DNA of 64,000 bases from Myxococcota bacterium (GTDB taxonomy: Bacteria > Myxococcota_A > UBA9160 > UBA6930), in the NCBI GenBank assembly GCA_965223705.1, contig OZ245015.1:2112001-2176000 (forward strand), given 5' to 3'. Shown one piece after another: positions 18,977-28,248 of the stretch. Below the pieces are notes generated by a model that was not told where the DNA came from, did not search any database, and saw only the letters and a program-made list of their open reading frames with translations. Both the position numbers and the translations under genes were made by a program. Positions within the stretch are counted from its first letter, which is position 1. Each line of letters opens with the position of its first letter.

Positions 18977-19783
18977 ATGCAGGTGCGAGATCGGGTAGCG
19001 GTCGTGACCGGCGGGGCGAGCGGGATCGGGCGCGCGCTGTGTTTGCGATTCGCGGCGGAAGGGGCGCGCGGCGTCGTGGTCGCCGACCGGAACGAAGCGG
19101 GTGCCAAGGATGTCGCCGCCGAGTGCGGCGGGCTCGCCGTCGGTTGCGATGTCGGAACGGAAAGCGGGATCGACGCCTTGGTCAAGGCCGCCGAGGCTCA
19201 GTTCGGATCGATCGATATTTTCTGTTCGAATGCCGGAATCGCTTCGGGGGGAGATCCTCTCGAGGAGCCCCTCGGCGAGTGGCAGCGGCAGTGGGACATC
19301 AACGTCATGGCCCACGTATTTGCTGTGCGAGCGGTTCTGCCGGGCATGCTCGAACGGGGAGAAGGCTACCTCGTACACACCGCCTCGATGGCCGGGATCC
19401 TGACGACCCACGGCAACGCCCACTACGCCGTGTCGAAGCACGCGGTCGTCGGGCTCGCCGAGTGGTTGGCCGTGACGTATCACGATCGCGGGATTCGCGT
19501 TTCGTGTCTCGCGCCGCTCGGGGTGCGCACGCCGATGCTGGGCGACCCCGACTCGCCCTGGGCGAAGCTCGCCGCGGGTGACATCAAGGAGCCCGAAGAC
19601 GTCGCCCGCATGGTTCTCGAAGCGATCGAAGAAGAACGCTTTCTCATCCTCACCGACGAGAAAGCGCAGGTCTGGATGGATCGGAAAGCGGAGAATCTCG
19701 AGCGGTGGCTCGCGGGGATGCGACGCATGCAGGCGCGCATCGACGAGATGAAGATCGAGTTCGCAGCGGGTCGCGACGACTGA
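18977..19783 (+). CDS. SDR family oxidoreductase
   Basis: TGGASGIG, SNAG, YAVSK. Confidence 0.9.
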   Translation: MQVRDRVAVVTGGASGIGRALCLRFAAEGARGVVVADRNEAGAKDVAAECGGLAVGCDVGTESGIDALVKAAEAQFGSIDIFCSNAGIASGGDPLEEPLGEWQRQWDINVMAHVFAVRAVLPGMLERGEGYLVHTASMAGILTTHGNAHYAVSKHAVVGLAEWLAVTYHDRGIRVSCLAPLGVRTPMLGDPDSPWAKLAAGDIKEPEDVARMVLEAIEEERFLILTDEKAQVWMDRKAENLERWLAGMRRMQARIDEMKIEFAAGRDD

Positions 19784-19792
19784 ACCGAGCCC

Positions 19793-20683
19793 TTACCGCG
19801 GGCGACGAGCGGGCACCGGCGAGTTGATGATCGCGACTCCCGTGAGGATCAGCGCGCCGCCGGCGAGCTCCATCGCTTGAAAGCGGTCTCCCAGGACGAT
19901 CACGGCCGAGAGAACCCCGAACAGCGGCACCAAGTACGCCGTCGATGACGCTCGTAGAGCGGAGCCCCGCCGCAAGATTTCCGACCACACGAGAAACGGA
20001 AGCGCCAGGCCCGGGATCGAGGCGAAGAGCAGCGGGCCGATCGCCCGACCCGGCACCGCGTAGGCGCCGAGTCCGTCTTGCCATGCGGCCAGCAAGGCGA
20101 GCGCCGCGAAAGACATGAAGAGCTGGATCGACACGAAGTAGGGCGCGTCCGGTCCCGAGAGACCTGTCCGCTTGACGATGATCGAGCCGGAAGCCCAGGT
20201 CGCAGCGGCGAGAAGCACGAAGACAACGCCCAAGGGCTGAGCGGCGTCACCTCCGGACGGCGCGGCGATGAGGGCCGCGCCGACAAAACCGAGGGCCAGC
20301 CCCGCAAGGCCGCGACGGCTCGGCTTCTCCCCGAGAAACGGTCGGGCGAGGAGCACCATGAAGAACGGCATCGTGTTGACGAGCACCGATGCGAGGCTCG
20401 CGGAGATGTACTGCAGGCCGAACGTGAAACACGCGCTCGAGATCGTAGTGAGGTTGAGCGAGACCCAGAAGATCGTCCGCCACTGCCGACCTCGGGGCGG
20501 AGACTGGCCGTTCAGTAGCGCATAGCCCAGCAGGACGAGCGCGCCGACCGCGTTGCGCATCGCCGAGAGCGTGAAGGGCTCCCAATCTCGCAGCGCGAGC
20601 TTCATCGCGACGAAATTCGATCCCCAGCAGACCGACACCAGGAGGATGAGGGCCCAAGTCGGTACGCGGGGGGCCTGACTCAC
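19793..20683 (-). CDS. DMT/EamA family transporter
   Basis: About 10 TM segments. WGSNFVAMK and GLQYISASLASVLVNTMP. GTGA overlap. Confidence 0.88.
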   Translation of the reverse strand: MSQAPRVPTWALILLVSVCWGSNFVAMKLALRDWEPFTLSAMRNAVGALVLLGYALLNGQSPPRGRQWRTIFWVSLNLTTISSACFTFGLQYISASLASVLVNTMPFFMVLLARPFLGEKPSRRGLAGLALGFVGAALIAAPSGGDAAQPLGVVFVLLAAATWASGSIIVKRTGLSGPDAPYFVSIQLFMSFAALALLAAWQDGLGAYAVPGRAIGPLLFASIPGLALPFLVWSEILRRGSALRASSTAYLVPLFGVLSAVIVLGDRFQAMELAGGALILTGVAIINSPVPARRPR

Positions 20684-21507
20684 CGGACGTCGAAACGAAG
20701 CGCTCCGAGCGCGCCGAACTCCCCGACGTGTCGTCCCCGCTGCGCCGCCCGCGGCGGACCCAGCGAGCCACTCAAGAGGATCATTCCCGGCTCGATCGGG
20801 TAGCCCTCGCGGTGAATGTGGTTGAGCAGCCAGTGCACCCCTGCCCACAGCTCTTCGGGGTCCCGCAGCATGGCTTCGTGGACGCCTTCACCGTCGCGTG
20901 CGACGAGGATCTCGAGACCGGTCGTGAGCGAGTCGGGTTGTCGAGGTGGTCCGACGAGGTAGTGCGAAGCCAGCACGTTCGCCGCGATCAAGTCGCGTGG
21001 CTCGAGCGGATCGATCGAGGCGAGTGTGACGTCCGGAAGTTCGACGGCGGCTCGCACGGCGCGAATGTGAGCGCGTGTCGCCGATACGTCGGGCAACGGA
21101 GAACGAACGGCCGTTCCCACCTCGAAAGCGATCTCCGTCTCGAACCAAAGTCGGCGGAACGATGCGAGCGAAAGGCTCACGTCGCCTTCGAGACGACCCG
21201 ACGCCGGCAGCACGCCGGCGATGGGCGCCGACAGCCCGACCCCATCTTGGGCGGCTCGGGTGGTGAAGCCGGCTTTGTAGCCGCCCGGCGTGAAGCCGCC
21301 GAGTCGGCTGGGCACGAACTGCTTTTGTACGCGGTACGCGGCATCGAGATCGAGGCTCGGCACGAGACCCGATACCGACGGCAACGGACGCGCTGCTTCA
21401 GCGGCGGACAGCAGCGCCGCGACGGCGTCCGCCTCGGTGCTTCGCGGTTCGGCGCTCGCCGAAAGAGCGAGACAACACGTTGCGAACGCTGCGATCCAGG
21501 GTTTCAT
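20680..21507 (-). CDS. 2-keto-4-pentenoate hydratase-like (FAH superfamily) protein with signal peptide
   Basis: AYRVQ, GYKAGFT, ETEIAF, VELPD, ILLSGS. N-terminus MKPWIAAFATCCLALSASA. ATGA overlap. Confidence 0.78.
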   Translation of the reverse strand: MKPWIAAFATCCLALSASAEPRSTEADAVAALLSAAEAARPLPSVSGLVPSLDLDAAYRVQKQFVPSRLGGFTPGGYKAGFTTRAAQDGVGLSAPIAGVLPASGRLEGDVSLSLASFRRLWFETEIAFEVGTAVRSPLPDVSATRAHIRAVRAAVELPDVTLASIDPLEPRDLIAANVLASHYLVGPPRQPDSLTTGLEILVARDGEGVHEAMLRDPEELWAGVHWLLNHIHREGYPIEPGMILLSGSLGPPRAAQRGRHVGEFGALGALRFDVR

Positions 21508-22541
21508 GACAGCTCTCCACGGGCCAACCGAGTGCCCGCCACCATGTTGCGGAGCTTTTCGGCGGCCAGATATCGGGGAAGCGCAGAGAACCCGCAATCG
21601 GCGGTGACGCGAAGCCGAGCTTCGGGGATATGCGCCAGACAAGCGTCGATCCGACGAGCGACCTCCGAAGGCGGCTCGAGCCAGAAGTTCTTCACGTCGA
21701 TGATGCCGGCTGCGATGTCGTACCGTTTCGCGAGCTCACCCGCGAACTCGAGCTCGATCATTCCGCGGTTCGCGAACTCGAGCATCAGCTCTTCGCAATC
21801 GATCCCGCGCAAGAGATCGTCCATCCACACAAGGCGACGGTCGGCCATCGGGCGACCCGCGTTGTTGCCGAAACAGATATGGACGCAGCGGCGAGCAGGA
21901 AGTCCACCGAGGAGCGCGTCGAGGCGCGGCGCCGCTTCCTCGACGAGAAGTTCGGGCGCCAATCGGGTCAAGCCCGGCTCGTCCACTTGGATGTAGTCCG
22001 CGCCGGCGGCGATCAAGGCTTCGATCTCCGCGCGCAAGGCTGCACCGAGCTCGTCGAGCACCTGGATTCGCGAGCGGTCGCCCGGATCGATCGACTGCAT
22101 GAACGTAAACGGTCCCGGGAGCGCGATCTTCTTGGGCCGATCGGGCACCAGTCGAGCGAGTCGTTCGAATTCGGCGACGATGCCCAGGCCGTTCGGTGCG
22201 AGGACGGTTGATTCCGCGCGAAAGCTCGGCGCCATGTCGTAGCCGGCGATGCCCAGTCGGCGACTGGGAGCGACGCGCGACAGTCCGGCCAACCGGTCGA
22301 AGACTTCGTAGACGAAGCGTTGCCGGGAGAGCTCCCCGTCGGTGAGCACATCGACCCCGGCTTCGATCTGATCGGCGACCACGATCCGGGTGGCGTCTTC
22401 GACGAGCTCATTGGCGTCGTGCTCACCTATTTCACCGGATCGGACCTGACGCCGCATCGCGATGTACCAACCCGGTGCGGCGTAGGACCCCACGCCCAGG
22501 GTGGGGAGGTGCGGGAGCGCTTCCTCGTTCATCGACAACAA
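21504..22541 (-). CDS. Second cobalamin-independent methionine synthase II family protein
   Basis: VGSY, QIEAGVDVLTDGE, QVDEP, HICFGN, ADCGF. Confidence 0.85.
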   Translation of the reverse strand: MLSMNEEALPHLPTLGVGSYAAPGWYIAMRRQVRSGEIGEHDANELVEDATRIVVADQIEAGVDVLTDGELSRQRFVYEVFDRLAGLSRVAPSRRLGIAGYDMAPSFRAESTVLAPNGLGIVAEFERLARLVPDRPKKIALPGPFTFMQSIDPGDRSRIQVLDELGAALRAEIEALIAAGADYIQVDEPGLTRLAPELLVEEAAPRLDALLGGLPARRCVHICFGNNAGRPMADRRLVWMDDLLRGIDCEELMLEFANRGMIELEFAGELAKRYDIAAGIIDVKNFWLEPPSEVARRIDACLAHIPEARLRVTADCGFSALPRYLAAEKLRNMVAGTRLARGELS

Positions 22542-22594
22542 CCTCTACGCAAGCGAACTTCGTCCCGCGTGCGGGTCTGTATACTCACCCGCGA

Positions 22595-22671
22595 GCCCTC
22601 GTAGCTCAGTTGGATAGAGCGGCCGCCTCCTAAGCGGCAGGTCAGAGGTTCGAATCCTCTCGGGGGCGCCA
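22595..22671 (+). tRNA. tRNA-Arg (anticodon CCT)
   Basis: Acceptor stem GCCCTCG/CGGGGGC. D-arm GCTCAGTTGGATAGAGC. Anticodon arm GCCGC-CTCCTAA-GCGGC. T-loop GGTTCGAATCC. Encoded CCA. TATACT at 22580-22585. Confidence 0.97.
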
Positions 22672-22687
22672 CAGGCCCGCGTTGCAC

Positions 22688-23917
22688 CTACACGTAGTGC
22701 GGTAGGACCTCTTTCCCGACTTTCTCCACCATCCGCTTCACTTCGTCAAAGGGAAGAAGCCCCTGATCGCCTTGCCAGATGAACCATTCGGGGTTCCCGG
22801 CCTCGATCAGTTTGTCCATGCTGCGGCGAATGTCGTCCGTGCTTCCCGCGAGCGCGAAATTCGCGTCGATCAACCGCTCGGGGGTCACCTCGCTCGGAGG
22901 CATGGGGGCCTCTCCGTATTTTCGGTTGTCTTCCTCGGTACGGAATGCTTCGGTGAAGCCGAAGTGGTGGAAGAAGTTCCGAAACCCGTAGCCGCACATG
23001 CCGCCCGAGAGAAGCTTCTTCGCTTCCTCGACGTCGTGCCCCGGGTAGATACCGCGCAGCACGCCGATGGATTCACCCAGTTCGAGATCGCGACCGATCG
23101 ACTTCGCCTCCTCGACGTGGGTTTCCGCGAAGAAGCGCACTTGCTCGAAGTCGGACACGAACAGCGTGGGAACGATGTTCTCCCGCGCGCACCAGCGCAC
23201 CGTCGCTTCGCTCATCGAGAAAGCCTGGAAGAGAGTCGGATGCGGCTTCTGATAGGGCTTCGGAACGATATCGATCGCGTGGATGTTGCCGTTTTCGTCG
23301 AGCTCGCCCGGAGAGCCGTGATGGCGCGTCCACTCGTTCGCCAACCACGGTGTCCCCGTCTCGTAGGGGAACGGGTACTCGTAGTGCTTGCCTTTGAACC
23401 GGAAGGGCTCGTCCTTCCAGGCGAGCTTCAGGATCTGGAACACTTCTTCAAAAGCTTCGCGATTCTGCTTATCGATCTCGCTCTGGTCGCTGACCGTCGC
23501 GCCGATATGAATCTTCTGGGCCATCTGATTGAGCCAGCGCGACTGGTAGCCGCGGGCAAATCCCACGTGCGTGCGGCCTTTTGTCAGCTGATCGAGCCAC
23601 GCGATCTCAAGCGCGAGTCGCAGCGGATTCCAACCGGGAAGGACGTACCCGATCGGACCGACCTTGAGTGTCGACGTTGCGTTGATGACGTGCTGGGTCA
23701 GGACCGGGAGCGACCCGATCTCCAGGCCTTCGGTGTGAAGGTGATGCTCGGGAAAGGCGACGCCGGTGAAGCCCAGGTCTTCCGCCATCCGCGAGATCTC
23801 GACCACTTGGTCGAACATTTGCTGCCACCGTTCGGTGTGGTGAGCGATCGGTCGCAGCTCTTTCCGCTCTTGCGGCGTCGCCGGAAGGGAGGGGAGGAAG
23901 AAGTACATAAACTTCAT
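22688..23917 (-). CDS. LLM-class (luciferase-like) flavin-dependent oxidoreductase
   Basis: FPEHHLH, WLDQLTKGR..GFARGYQ, PKPYQKPHP. TATAAT and AAGGAG upstream. Confidence 0.9.
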   Translation of the reverse strand: MKFMYFFLPSLPATPQERKELRPIAHHTERWQQMFDQVVEISRMAEDLGFTGVAFPEHHLHTEGLEIGSLPVLTQHVINATSTLKVGPIGYVLPGWNPLRLALEIAWLDQLTKGRTHVGFARGYQSRWLNQMAQKIHIGATVSDQSEIDKQNREAFEEVFQILKLAWKDEPFRFKGKHYEYPFPYETGTPWLANEWTRHHGSPGELDENGNIHAIDIVPKPYQKPHPTLFQAFSMSEATVRWCARENIVPTLFVSDFEQVRFFAETHVEEAKSIGRDLELGESIGVLRGIYPGHDVEEAKKLLSGGMCGYGFRNFFHHFGFTEAFRTEEDNRKYGEAPMPPSEVTPERLIDANFALAGSTDDIRRSMDKLIEAGNPEWFIWQGDQGLLPFDEVKRMVEKVGKEVLPHYV

Positions 23918-23981
23918 GGGCGGGCTCCTTTCGCTGCGGTTGATTATACCCGGTTCTCACCGGAGGCCCGGATAACGGCCC

Positions 23982-25157
23982 TCACGTATCGCTTCGCAAA
24001 ACCATCGCGGACGTCGGCACGGCGTTTCCTGCCGCGACAAACGCGTGTTGGGCGCCCTCGACCTGGGACACCGCTTCCCCGCGGAGTTGGCGAACCGCTT
24101 CGAGGTTGTTCTGCATCCCGTGTAGATAGCCTTCGGACAAATTGCCGCCGCTCGTGTTCAGCGGGAGGTCGCCATCGGGCCAGCGCAGGCGTCCGCCGGC
24201 GATGAAGTCTTTGCTCTCCCCGCGCGCGCAAAAACCGTATTCCTCGAGCGCCATCAAAACAAGCGGCGTGAAGTGGTCGTACAAATAGAGGACGTCGATG
24301 TCTTTCCGGTCGATGCCCGAAGCTCCGAACACGCGATCGCCGATCACGGTCGCTTCGGTTTCCGGGCTCTCGACGTTCTTCACCACTTCGCGGTGATTGA
24401 AGGCGCCGCCGCCCATGCTGCCGGCGACGATGCGCACGGGTTTCGCGCGCAAGTCCCGGGCACGCTCGAGGCTCGTGATGATCATCGCGACGCCGCCGTC
24501 GGTTTCGAGGCAGCAATCGAGGAGTCTGAGCGGTGAGGAAATCATTCGAGACGACTGGTGATCGTCGAGCGTCATCGGTCGATTGAACATCATCGCAGCG
24601 GGGTTCCGGTTCGCGTGGCTGCGACACGTGACGGCGATCTCCCCGAAATGGAGGCTCTCGGTGCCGTAGAGATGCATGTGCCGACGCGCCGCCAGGGCCA
24701 CCATCTGCGCGGGAGAAAACAGGCCGTAGGGCGCGTGGTAGGCGGCGGGTCCGCGCGCGCCGCGGCTTCGCGACGCCTGGCCGAAACGCGGCGTCCCCCG
24801 ACCCGAGCGTTCGTTCATCGCCCGGAACGCTACGACGGTGTCGGCCTGGCCCGTGGCTACGGCCATCGCAGCGGCGAGAACGACTCCGACGGAAGCTCCG
24901 CCGCCGAACGGGATTTCGGCGAAGAAGCGAAGCCTCGGGATGCCTAAGTTCGTCGCGAGTGCCACCGGGTCGTTGTTGTCCCAGCTGAACTTCGCGATGC
25001 CATCGACATCGCGGGGCGTGAGTCCAGCGTCGGCAAGGGCGGCGAGAATGGCCTCGGAAGCGAGCTTGAGTTCGCTCCGTCCGGAATCCTTCGAAAATTC
25101 GGTGCTGCCGATTCCGGCGATCGCGCCGAGGTCTTTGTGCGCAGCGGTCGCCGTCAA
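23982..25157 (-). CDS. Thiolase-like / SCP-x lipid-transfer protein (Ltp2-type)
   Basis: AIAGIGSTEFSKDSGRSE, DCCLETDGG, YDHFTP, NTSGGNLSEGYLHG. TTG start at 25157. Confidence 0.88.
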   Translation of the reverse strand: MTATAAHKDLGAIAGIGSTEFSKDSGRSELKLASEAILAALADAGLTPRDVDGIAKFSWDNNDPVALATNLGIPRLRFFAEIPFGGGASVGVVLAAAMAVATGQADTVVAFRAMNERSGRGTPRFGQASRSRGARGPAAYHAPYGLFSPAQMVALAARRHMHLYGTESLHFGEIAVTCRSHANRNPAAMMFNRPMTLDDHQSSRMISSPLRLLDCCLETDGGVAMIITSLERARDLRAKPVRIVAGSMGGGAFNHREVVKNVESPETEATVIGDRVFGASGIDRKDIDVLYLYDHFTPLVLMALEEYGFCARGESKDFIAGGRLRWPDGDLPLNTSGGNLSEGYLHGMQNNLEAVRQLRGEAVSQVEGAQHAFVAAGNAVPTSAMVLRSDT

Positions 25158-25158
25158 G

Positions 25159-26106
25159 CTAGGCCGCCGTTTCTCCCGGCAGGAACACGCACGTCGGACA
25201 ACCATCCCGCTCGAAGGCTTCTTCGGCGGCGTGCTGGTCGGCTTCGCATTGGTACTGGGGTTCCGATTCACGCTCGCCGCGGTTATCGCCCGAGCCTCCG
25301 CTTTCCCCGCTGCGGTCGTTGCCGGGGCGCATCACGCCGTCCTTCCAAGCGTCGTCGTCGGACCAGCGGAAGGGCAGCGTCAGGACCGAGCCCGGCGTTC
25401 TGAGGAGCGTGAACCCTTCGAGTGCCCGGAGGATCAACTCGCGCTGCAGCTCGGGTTCGTTGGGCTTGCCTGCGGTGTGGCCCAAGGGGTAGTCGACGAA
25501 CGCAGCCCGCGGCGGGTTGGCGGCGCGCGTGATCGAGAGGGCGCTCGTCAGGGAGAGCGTCGGGATGCCGCGGGATTCGATCTCTCGTGCAATCAGTCCG
25601 ACCGACTGATGGCAGACCGGTCAGACGGGAACGAGCAGGACCAGATCGACTTCGTCTTGTTCGATGCGGTCCGCGATCGCCGGCGCCAGTCGCGAGGTGA
25701 CCTGTCGGCTCGAGTAGATGCCGCCCATGAAGGCGTAGGCGTTCCGCGAGACTTCGCCGATCGCGCCTTCGCGCGCCAGGTTGCGAAGCGTTTCCAGAGG
25801 GAAGACGACGTTCGGATCCTCCCGAGCATCGGTCAGGTCATAGGCGAAGTGTGTGGCGCGGAGCGCGTCGCGCGGCGTGTCGCGATCAATCACCCGAAAG
25901 CTCAAATCGTCGCGATGGTGAAAGGCGATCTGACCTTCGACGTAGATACCGCCCGATCCGATCAGCCCGACGCGCGACTCCGAAAGTGGCTTGCGCACCG
26001 GCGCCCAGGGCGGCGGGGTCTCGCTGTGCACCCAGCGGTAGGTGGGGTAGCCCAGGCTGTCATACAAGACCCGGGTGCGTTCCAGATAGTCGACGGGAGC
26101 GCGCAT
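25159..26106 (-). CDS. PrdB/GrdB-like (glycine/proline reductase selenoprotein B family) selenoprotein, 315 aa with Sec at residue 162
   Basis: Two in-frame ORFs joined by TGA (25621-25623): DLVLLVPV-U-PVCHQSVGLIAREIESRGIPT. Family-like motifs lie on both sides (DPNVVFPL; PPRAAFVDYPLGHTAGKP). Confidence 0.88.
25588..25614 (-). promoter_or_regulatory. Bacterial SECIS-like hairpin
   Basis: mRNA after the UGA reads UGC-C-AUCAGUC-[GGUCG]-GACUGAU-U-GCA. The loop starts with G, 17 nt after the UGA. Confidence 0.75.
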
Positions 26107-26159
26107 TCCAGCAGTTTCGCACAACGCCGGCGCGAACACCGGCCGCTCGCGCGGGAGCG

Positions 26160-26957
26160 CTAGTGCGCGGCGGGGGGCGAGTCGGCAGCGCCCTCGCTGA
26201 ACTTCTCGTCTTCCGCGGCCTCGGGGTTGTCGTAGATCCGCATGAGCTCGATCTCGAACGCGACCATCGCGCCCGGGAGCACCTGGCCGGTGCGGCCCTG
26301 ATCGCCGTAGACCTGCTCTGACGGGCAAGCGAACTGCACGCGGCCACCGACCTGGACCCGGGGCAGGACCTCGTTCCAGCAAGGGAGGAAGTACTTCGTC
26401 TGCGCGAGGGTCGGCTCGTCCGCTTTGAAGGAGTTCACAAGCTCGGTGCCGTCACGCAACCAAGCGCGCGAGTGAAGTTGTAGCCATTGGTCTTCGGTGG
26501 GGTATCCGCCGTCCCCCGGCGTCATCGCGAGAATGACGATGCCCGTGTCATCGAGGTAGGACGCACCCTCCCGAGAGCCGAGTTCTGCCAAGTGCTTACT
26601 GCTCGCGGCTTTCTCGAGATCGATCCGTTCTTGCGCCCGCTCCTTGGCCATGGCCTGGAGACCCAGGGCGAGATTCTTCCGATCTTCTTCCTTGAGCAGG
26701 ACCTGGTTCGCGAGCTGGTCTTTCGCACCCTTTGCCAGCATCTCTGCCTCGGCCGGGGTGAAGTAGTAGTGCCGGAGGTCGGACACGATGACCCGACCCA
26801 AACCGTAGGCGAGCACTTCTTCGTGCGTCGGCTCGGGCGGAGTGGCGGCCTGTGTCGGCGCCGGCGCGGGTTTGGCCGGCTGGGGTCGAGACGTAGAGCA
26901 CGCCAGCACCAGGACCGAAGCCATCATCAATACCACTGTGAAAACGATGCGCGCCAT
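26160..26957 (-). CDS. FKBP-type PPIase (FkpA/Mip-like) lipoprotein
   Basis: Lipobox VLAC. N-terminal helical region (LAYGLG). C-terminal VGGRVQFACPSEQVYG...FEIELM. Confidence 0.8.
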   Translation of the reverse strand: MARIVFTVVLMMASVLVLACSTSRPQPAKPAPAPTQAATPPEPTHEEVLAYGLGRVIVSDLRHYYFTPAEAEMLAKGAKDQLANQVLLKEEDRKNLALGLQAMAKERAQERIDLEKAASSKHLAELGSREGASYLDDTGIVILAMTPGDGGYPTEDQWLQLHSRAWLRDGTELVNSFKADEPTLAQTKYFLPCWNEVLPRVQVGGRVQFACPSEQVYGDQGRTGQVLPGAMVAFEIELMRIYDNPEAAEDEKFSEGAADSPPAAH

Positions 26958-26985
26958 GCGGCCTCCCTAAGCTCGTCGAGGGTTC

Positions 26986-28167
26986 CTATCGGTCGGAATG
27001 CCCCGTCCCGTGAGCGTTCGTACGCGCCCGAAAAACCATGCCTTGGCCTCGCAACGTCGCCGTCGGGCGCGAAGCCGCGAGGAAGACAGCCTGCCCGCGG
27101 GAAAACTCCCTCGCCACCTCGTCGATGCGCAACTTGCCTTCGACGCAGAGCAGAATCTCGGGCCCACCATTCGGCTCGAGCGTCGCGCTCGACCGGCCGC
27201 CTAGCGACGTCCGTTCGAGGCGGAAGGCCTCGACCGGTGTCTCGTAGGCGGACCAACCCGCGGATGTCTCGAACTGACGGACGATCGGGTTTCCACCCGT
27301 ACCCCGGTCGAGCACTTCGAGTAGCAACTTGGGATGGACGGCCTTTTCGGTCAACCCGGCGCGCAAGACGTTGTCTGAGTTGGCCATGATCTCGACGCCC
27401 GTTCCGTCGAGATACGCGTGGATTTGGCCGGGTCCGAGAAACAACGCTTCTCCCTCGCGTAGATCGTGCCTCGCCAGAAGGAGCGGCGCGGCAATCCCCA
27501 CATCGGAGGGGTAGCGGTCCGCCAGGCGCGCGGCGAGGGCGTACGCGTCTCCTTGCTGCGCGAGTCTCCGACACGCTTTCGCCAACACGTCGGCGAATAC
27601 TCGACGCTCTTCCGGTGTTCGCGACAGCAGGTCCCCGAGAATCTCGGCCGGCTCCTCGTCCTCGGGAGCCCGTGGGAGCTCGTCGCGTAGGGGGTCCCAA
27701 AGCCGACGGCAGGCCGCGGGCGTGAGAAAGCCGCAGAGCGCCGAGAACCGCGAGAGCGCGACTAAAAGCTCAGGCTTGGCCCGAGGATCGGCGAACACGC
27801 GCTCACGGCCGCTGCTGGCCCGCTCATCCGCGTATCCCTGGGCGGCGCGTTCCTCCGGCGGATGCACCTGCAACGAGAGCGGCGCGGCGACCGCGAGAAC
27901 CTTGAGAAGAAACGGCAACTCTGACCCATAACTTGCTGTGATCTCGGGGCCGAGTGCGAATGTCGCATGATCCCGAATCCATGCGCGGAGAGGCTGCCAG
28001 GTTTCTCCGATAAGAATTCTCGAAGGGTCGCTTTCGTGAGCGCCAATCCAGAGTTCCGCCCACGGAGCCCCGTCTCGATTCGGCTGGCCGAGCAGGTCCG
28101 GAAGCACATCGCGCGAGCCCCACGCGTAGCGCTTCACAGGGTTTTCCAGGGCGTAGCACCAGTCCAC
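26986..28167 (-). CDS. manA: Mannose-6-phosphate isomerase, class I
   Basis: YAWGS, AELWIGAH, LPFLLKVL..PLSLQVHP, HAYL, EIMANSDNVLRAGLT. Confidence 0.92.
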   Translation of the reverse strand: MDWCYALENPVKRYAWGSRDVLPDLLGQPNRDGAPWAELWIGAHESDPSRILIGETWQPLRAWIRDHATFALGPEITASYGSELPFLLKVLAVAAPLSLQVHPPEERAAQGYADERASSGRERVFADPRAKPELLVALSRFSALCGFLTPAACRRLWDPLRDELPRAPEDEEPAEILGDLLSRTPEERRVFADVLAKACRRLAQQGDAYALAARLADRYPSDVGIAAPLLLARHDLREGEALFLGPGQIHAYLDGTGVEIMANSDNVLRAGLTEKAVHPKLLLEVLDRGTGGNPIVRQFETSAGWSAYETPVEAFRLERTSLGGRSSATLEPNGGPEILLCVEGKLRIDEVAREFSRGQAVFLAASRPTATLRGQGMVFRARTNAHGTGHSDR

Positions 28168-28248
28168 GGTCGAGCCGTTCCTCAAGCGCCGCACTTGGGG
28201 GGCCGAATCCCCCCGAGAGGGCGCCGTGTCGCGCGCTCGGAGAATGCC

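Noticed and set aside
22595..22700. tRNA-Arg as an island or prophage integration site
   Set aside because: No integrase nearby, and I noticed no duplicate of the tRNA 3' end or compositional shift. This was a by-eye scan only.
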